From Candidatus Omnitrophota bacterium (GTDB lineage Bacteria > Omnitrophota > Gorgyraeia > Zapsychrales > JANLHA01), in the NCBI GenBank assembly GCA_963662715.1, contig OY759724.1:1830001-1862000 (forward strand): 32,000 bases of DNA, given 5' to 3'. Positions 29,046 to 32,000 of the stretch are shown here, piece by piece (positions within the stretch are counted from its first letter, which is position 1; every line of letters begins with the position of its first letter). The notes beneath the pieces were generated by a model. It saw only the letters and a program-made list of their open reading frames with translations. It did no database searches and had not been told where the DNA came from. The position numbers and the translations under genes were made by a program.

Positions 29046-30044
29046 ATGGGAGTCAAGTGGCGAGATTTCCAAATGCCCAAACGATTAGATTGTGAAGAAG
29101 CAAATTATACGTCGCGATACGGCCGTTTTGTTGCGGAACCTTTTGAGCGAGGCTACGGGGTCACATTAGGTAATTCTCTTCGAAGAATATTATTGTCTTC
29201 TATTGAAGGAAGCGCCGTTACGTCTATCCGTATAGAGGGAGTTCAGCATGAATTTTCAACGTTAGCCGGGGTCTTAGAACCGGTCACGGATATTGTCCTC
29301 AATATCAAGGGCCTGGTCCTGCGTTCCCATTCCAAAGTCCCTAAGACGGTTTACATTAAGAAAGATAAGAGCGGTCCGATACTGGCCAGAGATATTATCA
29401 CAGACGAGACCGTTGAAATTATGAATCCCGACCATCATATCGCGACATTAACACAGGATATCCCGTTTAACATGGATATGGAAATCTGTAAGGGGCGCGG
29501 ATATGTCCCGGCTGAAGTTCATAAGAATGAAGGGTTAACCATCGGTTCGATCGCGGTGGATTCTATTTTTACTCCGATTGCTAAGGTTAATTTTTATGTC
29601 GAGAACACGCGTGTCGGGCAACGGACAGATTATGACAGGCTGATCCTGGACATTTGGACCAACGGCGGCATTGAGCCTAAAGAAGCCCTGCTCTACGGCG
29701 CGAATATTTTACAGCGACATTTGGACGTTTTTGTCGCTTACGGACAACTTCCGGAAGAAGAAGAGGAAGAGGAAGAAATTTCCGCTGAAGAAGAAGCGAT
29801 GTATGAGAAATTGCGTCTGCCGATCTCCGAGCTGGAATTATCCGTCAGAAGCGCGAACTGTCTGAAAGATGCGAACATAAAGACCATAGCGGAACTGGTT
29901 CGAAAAACAGAGTCAGAGTTGTTGAGTTTTAGAAATTTCGGTAAGAAATCCTTAACAGAAATAAATGATTTACTTAAAATCATGGGGTTGCATTTGGGGA
30001 TGAAGGTCGACCTGAAGAAACTGAAAAAGACCGGAGACGCATAA
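29046..30044 (+). CDS. rpoA: DNA-directed RNA polymerase subunit alpha
   Basis: [26 protein letters not shown] (alpha NTD) and [13 protein letters not shown]...I.ELV...E.ELL...NFGKKSL.EI (alpha CTD). Confidence 0.97.
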   Translation: MGVKWRDFQMPKRLDCEEANYTSRYGRFVAEPFERGYGVTLGNSLRRILLSSIEGSAVTSIRIEGVQHEFSTLAGVLEPVTDIVLNIKGLVLRSHSKVPKTVYIKKDKSGPILARDIITDETVEIMNPDHHIATLTQDIPFNMDMEICKGRGYVPAEVHKNEGLTIGSIAVDSIFTPIAKVNFYVENTRVGQRTDYDRLILDIWTNGGIEPKEALLYGANILQRHLDVFVAYGQLPEEEEEEEEISAEEEAMYEKLRLPISELELSVRSANCLKDANIKTIAELVRKTESELLSFRNFGKKSLTEINDLLKIMGLHLGMKVDLKKLKKTGDA

Positions 30045-30084
30045 TCAACCTCACGACGATGCTAGACAAAGGAAACGATGTTTT

Positions 30085-30690
30085 ATGAGACATGGAATCG
30101 CAGGAAATAGGTTGGGAAGGAATTCAAGCTGGCGAAAAGCGACCATTCGGGATATTGCCAAAGCGACACTGCTCCGCGAGAAAATCTGTACGACCAAGGC
30201 CAAAGCCAAAGAATCTCGCAAATTGGTTGACCGATTGATTACCATGGGAAAGAAGGGTACGTTAGCCCACAAAAGACGGGCTTTTGCTGTCCTTTGCGAT
30301 CATAAACTCGTGAGCGAATTATTTAATAACATTGCTCCGCGTTTTCAGCTGCGGCGAGGCGGATACACCCGCATTATTCCTTTAGCTCTGGGGCGCCGGG
30401 GCGACAATGCAGAGATGGTTTTTTTAGAACTCACCGAAAAGAAGCCGGTGCCTGTGGGGAAACCCAAGAAATCTTTATCATCAAAGAAGAAAAAAGCAGC
30501 TTCTGATAAAGAGACGGCTCCTCCCGTTGATCCAAAATCCGACTCAATGACGGCCGGAAAAACCAAGTTTAAACCCCCGAAGTCAGTCCAGGAATCCACC
30601 AAACAAGAAAAGAAGGAAAAGGGCAAGACAGAGAAGAAGTCCATGGGGGGCATTAAAAAGATATTTAGAAGAAAAAAGACATCCGAATAG
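30085..30690 (+). CDS. rplQ: 50S ribosomal protein L17 (201 aa, long Lys-rich C-terminal tail)
   Basis: MRHGIAGNRLGRNSSWRKA and RRGGYTRII.L..RRGDNAEMVFLEL form the L17 core. Residues from about 118 to 201 are low-complexity and K/P/S-rich. Confidence 0.95.
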   Translation: MRHGIAGNRLGRNSSWRKATIRDIAKATLLREKICTTKAKAKESRKLVDRLITMGKKGTLAHKRRAFAVLCDHKLVSELFNNIAPRFQLRRGGYTRIIPLALGRRGDNAEMVFLELTEKKPVPVGKPKKSLSSKKKKAASDKETAPPVDPKSDSMTAGKTKFKPPKSVQESTKQEKKEKGKTEKKSMGGIKKIFRRKKTSE

Positions 30691-30707
30691 TTCGAAGGGA
30701 GACCATC

Positions 30708-31874
30708 GTGGATATTAATCGAAGGATCAAGACACTCGTCGGCTCTTCCACTCTGGCTATTACAGCTCGGGCTAAGGAACTGCGTGCGCAGGGGAAAGAC
30801 GTTGTTAATTTTGCCGGAGGGGAGCCTGATTTCGATACGCCGGAAGAAATTAAACAGGCCGCTGTCCAGGCTATTCAGGAAGGCTTCACGAAATATACGC
30901 CCAGCATCGGTATGCCGCAACTCCGGGAAGCCATCTCGGAAAAATTAAAGAGAGAAAATAACCTGCCATATTCCCCCGCTCAAATCGCTGTCTCCTGCGG
31001 GGCAAAACATTCCCTTTTCGGCATCATTCAAGTTTTGGTTGATGACGGAGATGATGTCCTGATCCCTTCTCCTTATTGGGTGAGTTATCCGGAAATGGTT
31101 AAGGCCGCGGGGGGCGTGCCGCACTTCGTCCCTACGGATGCTTCGACACAATTTAAGCTCAACGTCGCATTGCTGGAAAAACATATATCAGCGAAGACAA
31201 AAGTCCTTGTTTTAAATTCCCCGTCCAACCCCACGGGCATGCTTTACAGCGAAGACCAGCTTCGTCCGATCGTCGATTGTTGCGTCAAACATAATATATG
31301 GATCATCAGTGACGAGATTTACGAAAAACTGGTTTATGACGGGGCTCCTTTCACGTCCGTCGCCGCTTTAGGAGACAAGGCCTATGAACGGACCATTACC
31401 GTTAACGGGATGTCCAAAGCGTTTTCCATGACCGGATGGCGCATTGGATACTGTGCGTCCGGCTCGGAGGAGCTGATCGGTTATCTTAAGAAATTTCAGG
31501 ATCATTCGACGTCCAATCCGTGCTCGATCAGCCAGAAGGCGGCTCTCCAGGCCCTTAAATCTCCTGCGGAGACTATTCTGGCGATGAAAGAGGAGTTTGA
31601 GAGCCGGCGCAATCTTATTATGTCGCTTATGGATGATGTTCCGGAGGTCACGTATATCAAGCCGGAAGGCGCTTTTTATCTTTTCTGTGATTTCTCTTCT
31701 CTCGGGGATTCCTTTTCTGTTGCAAAAAGTATTTTGAATGACGTAAATGTTGCGCTTATCCCCGGGGAGGGATTTGGCGCCCCGGGTTTTATGCGTTTAA
31801 GTTTTTCCACGTCTCAGGAAAGAATTCGTGAAGGGGTCAAACGTATTGCGGACTGGACAGCCAAGAACCGTTAG
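30708..31874 (+). CDS. Class-I PLP-dependent aminotransferase (aspartate aminotransferase family)
   Basis: GEPDF.TP, NSPSNPTG and the lysine motif NGMSKAFSMTGWRIGY, ending in RLSF. The GTG start follows an AAGGGAG Shine-Dalgarno. Confidence 0.88.
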   Translation: MDINRRIKTLVGSSTLAITARAKELRAQGKDVVNFAGGEPDFDTPEEIKQAAVQAIQEGFTKYTPSIGMPQLREAISEKLKRENNLPYSPAQIAVSCGAKHSLFGIIQVLVDDGDDVLIPSPYWVSYPEMVKAAGGVPHFVPTDASTQFKLNVALLEKHISAKTKVLVLNSPSNPTGMLYSEDQLRPIVDCCVKHNIWIISDEIYEKLVYDGAPFTSVAALGDKAYERTITVNGMSKAFSMTGWRIGYCASGSEELIGYLKKFQDHSTSNPCSISQKAALQALKSPAETILAMKEEFESRRNLIMSLMDDVPEVTYIKPEGAFYLFCDFSSLGDSFSVAKSILNDVNVALIPGEGFGAPGFMRLSFSTSQERIREGVKRIADWTAKNR

Positions 31875-31943
31875 TCCGTGCTTCCCGCGAATTTCATGTC
31901 CGTCTGAATATAATGGAAATCAAAATTAGCCAAAGGAGCCGAT

Positions 31944-32000
31944 ATGGAGTTAAGAGATCTTCTTCTTTTAACAATAGAAAAAAGAGCTTCTGATTTGCAT
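31944..32000 (+). CDS. PilT-like type IV pilus/secretion ATPase, 5' fragment (runs off the window)
   Basis: MELRDLLLLTIEKRASDLH resembles the PilT/PilU N-terminus (..ASDLHL). An AAGGAG Shine-Dalgarno lies at 31933-31938. Only 19 codons are visible. Confidence 0.5.
   Translation, partial: MELRDLLLLTIEKRASDLH

Noticed and set aside
1-32000. A search for CRISPR repeats, IS or transposon ends, integrase/att sites next to the tRNAs, toxin-antitoxin pairs, defence genes, and composition shifts.
   Set aside because: I saw no repeat arrays, terminal inverted repeats, duplicated tRNA 3' halves or atypical-composition segments. Every substantial ORF is accounted for by a housekeeping gene.

Overview
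This window is a bacterial core-genome region. It holds an almost complete, co-directional translation/transcription supercluster, all on the + strand. The order is: tRNA-Thr(GGU), rpmG, tRNA-Trp(CCA), secE, nusG, rplKAJL, rpoBC, the str cluster (rpsL, rpsG, fusA, tuf), the S10 cluster (rpsJ to rpsQ), the spc cluster (rplN to rplO, secY, adk, map, infA, rpmJ) and the alpha cluster (rpsM, rpsK, rpsD, rpoA, rplQ). A class-I aminotransferase follows, then the first 19 codons of a PilT-like ATPase. That gives 45 CDS and 2 tRNAs. Every CDS was called from conserved motifs read directly in the supplied translations. Several starts were moved downstream of the ORF-track start so that they match conserved N-termini and Shine-Dalgarno spacing. 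I saw no CRISPR array, mobile element, toxin or defence gene, pseudogene or foreign-looking island, and I cannot support a claim of a novel system here. This is ordinary housekeeping DNA. What stands out is organisational. The packing is extreme, including a 59-nt out-of-frame overlap of rpsL with the 3' end of rpoC and a 47-nt adk/map overlap. L30 (rpmD) is absent from its canonical slot. There is essentially no room for the classical r-protein autoregulatory leaders. The only sizeable spacer (147 nt, rplL-rpoB) carries one attenuator-like hairpin. L7/L12, S5, L3 and L17 carry low-complexity extensions. Lineage cannot be assigned without a database search.
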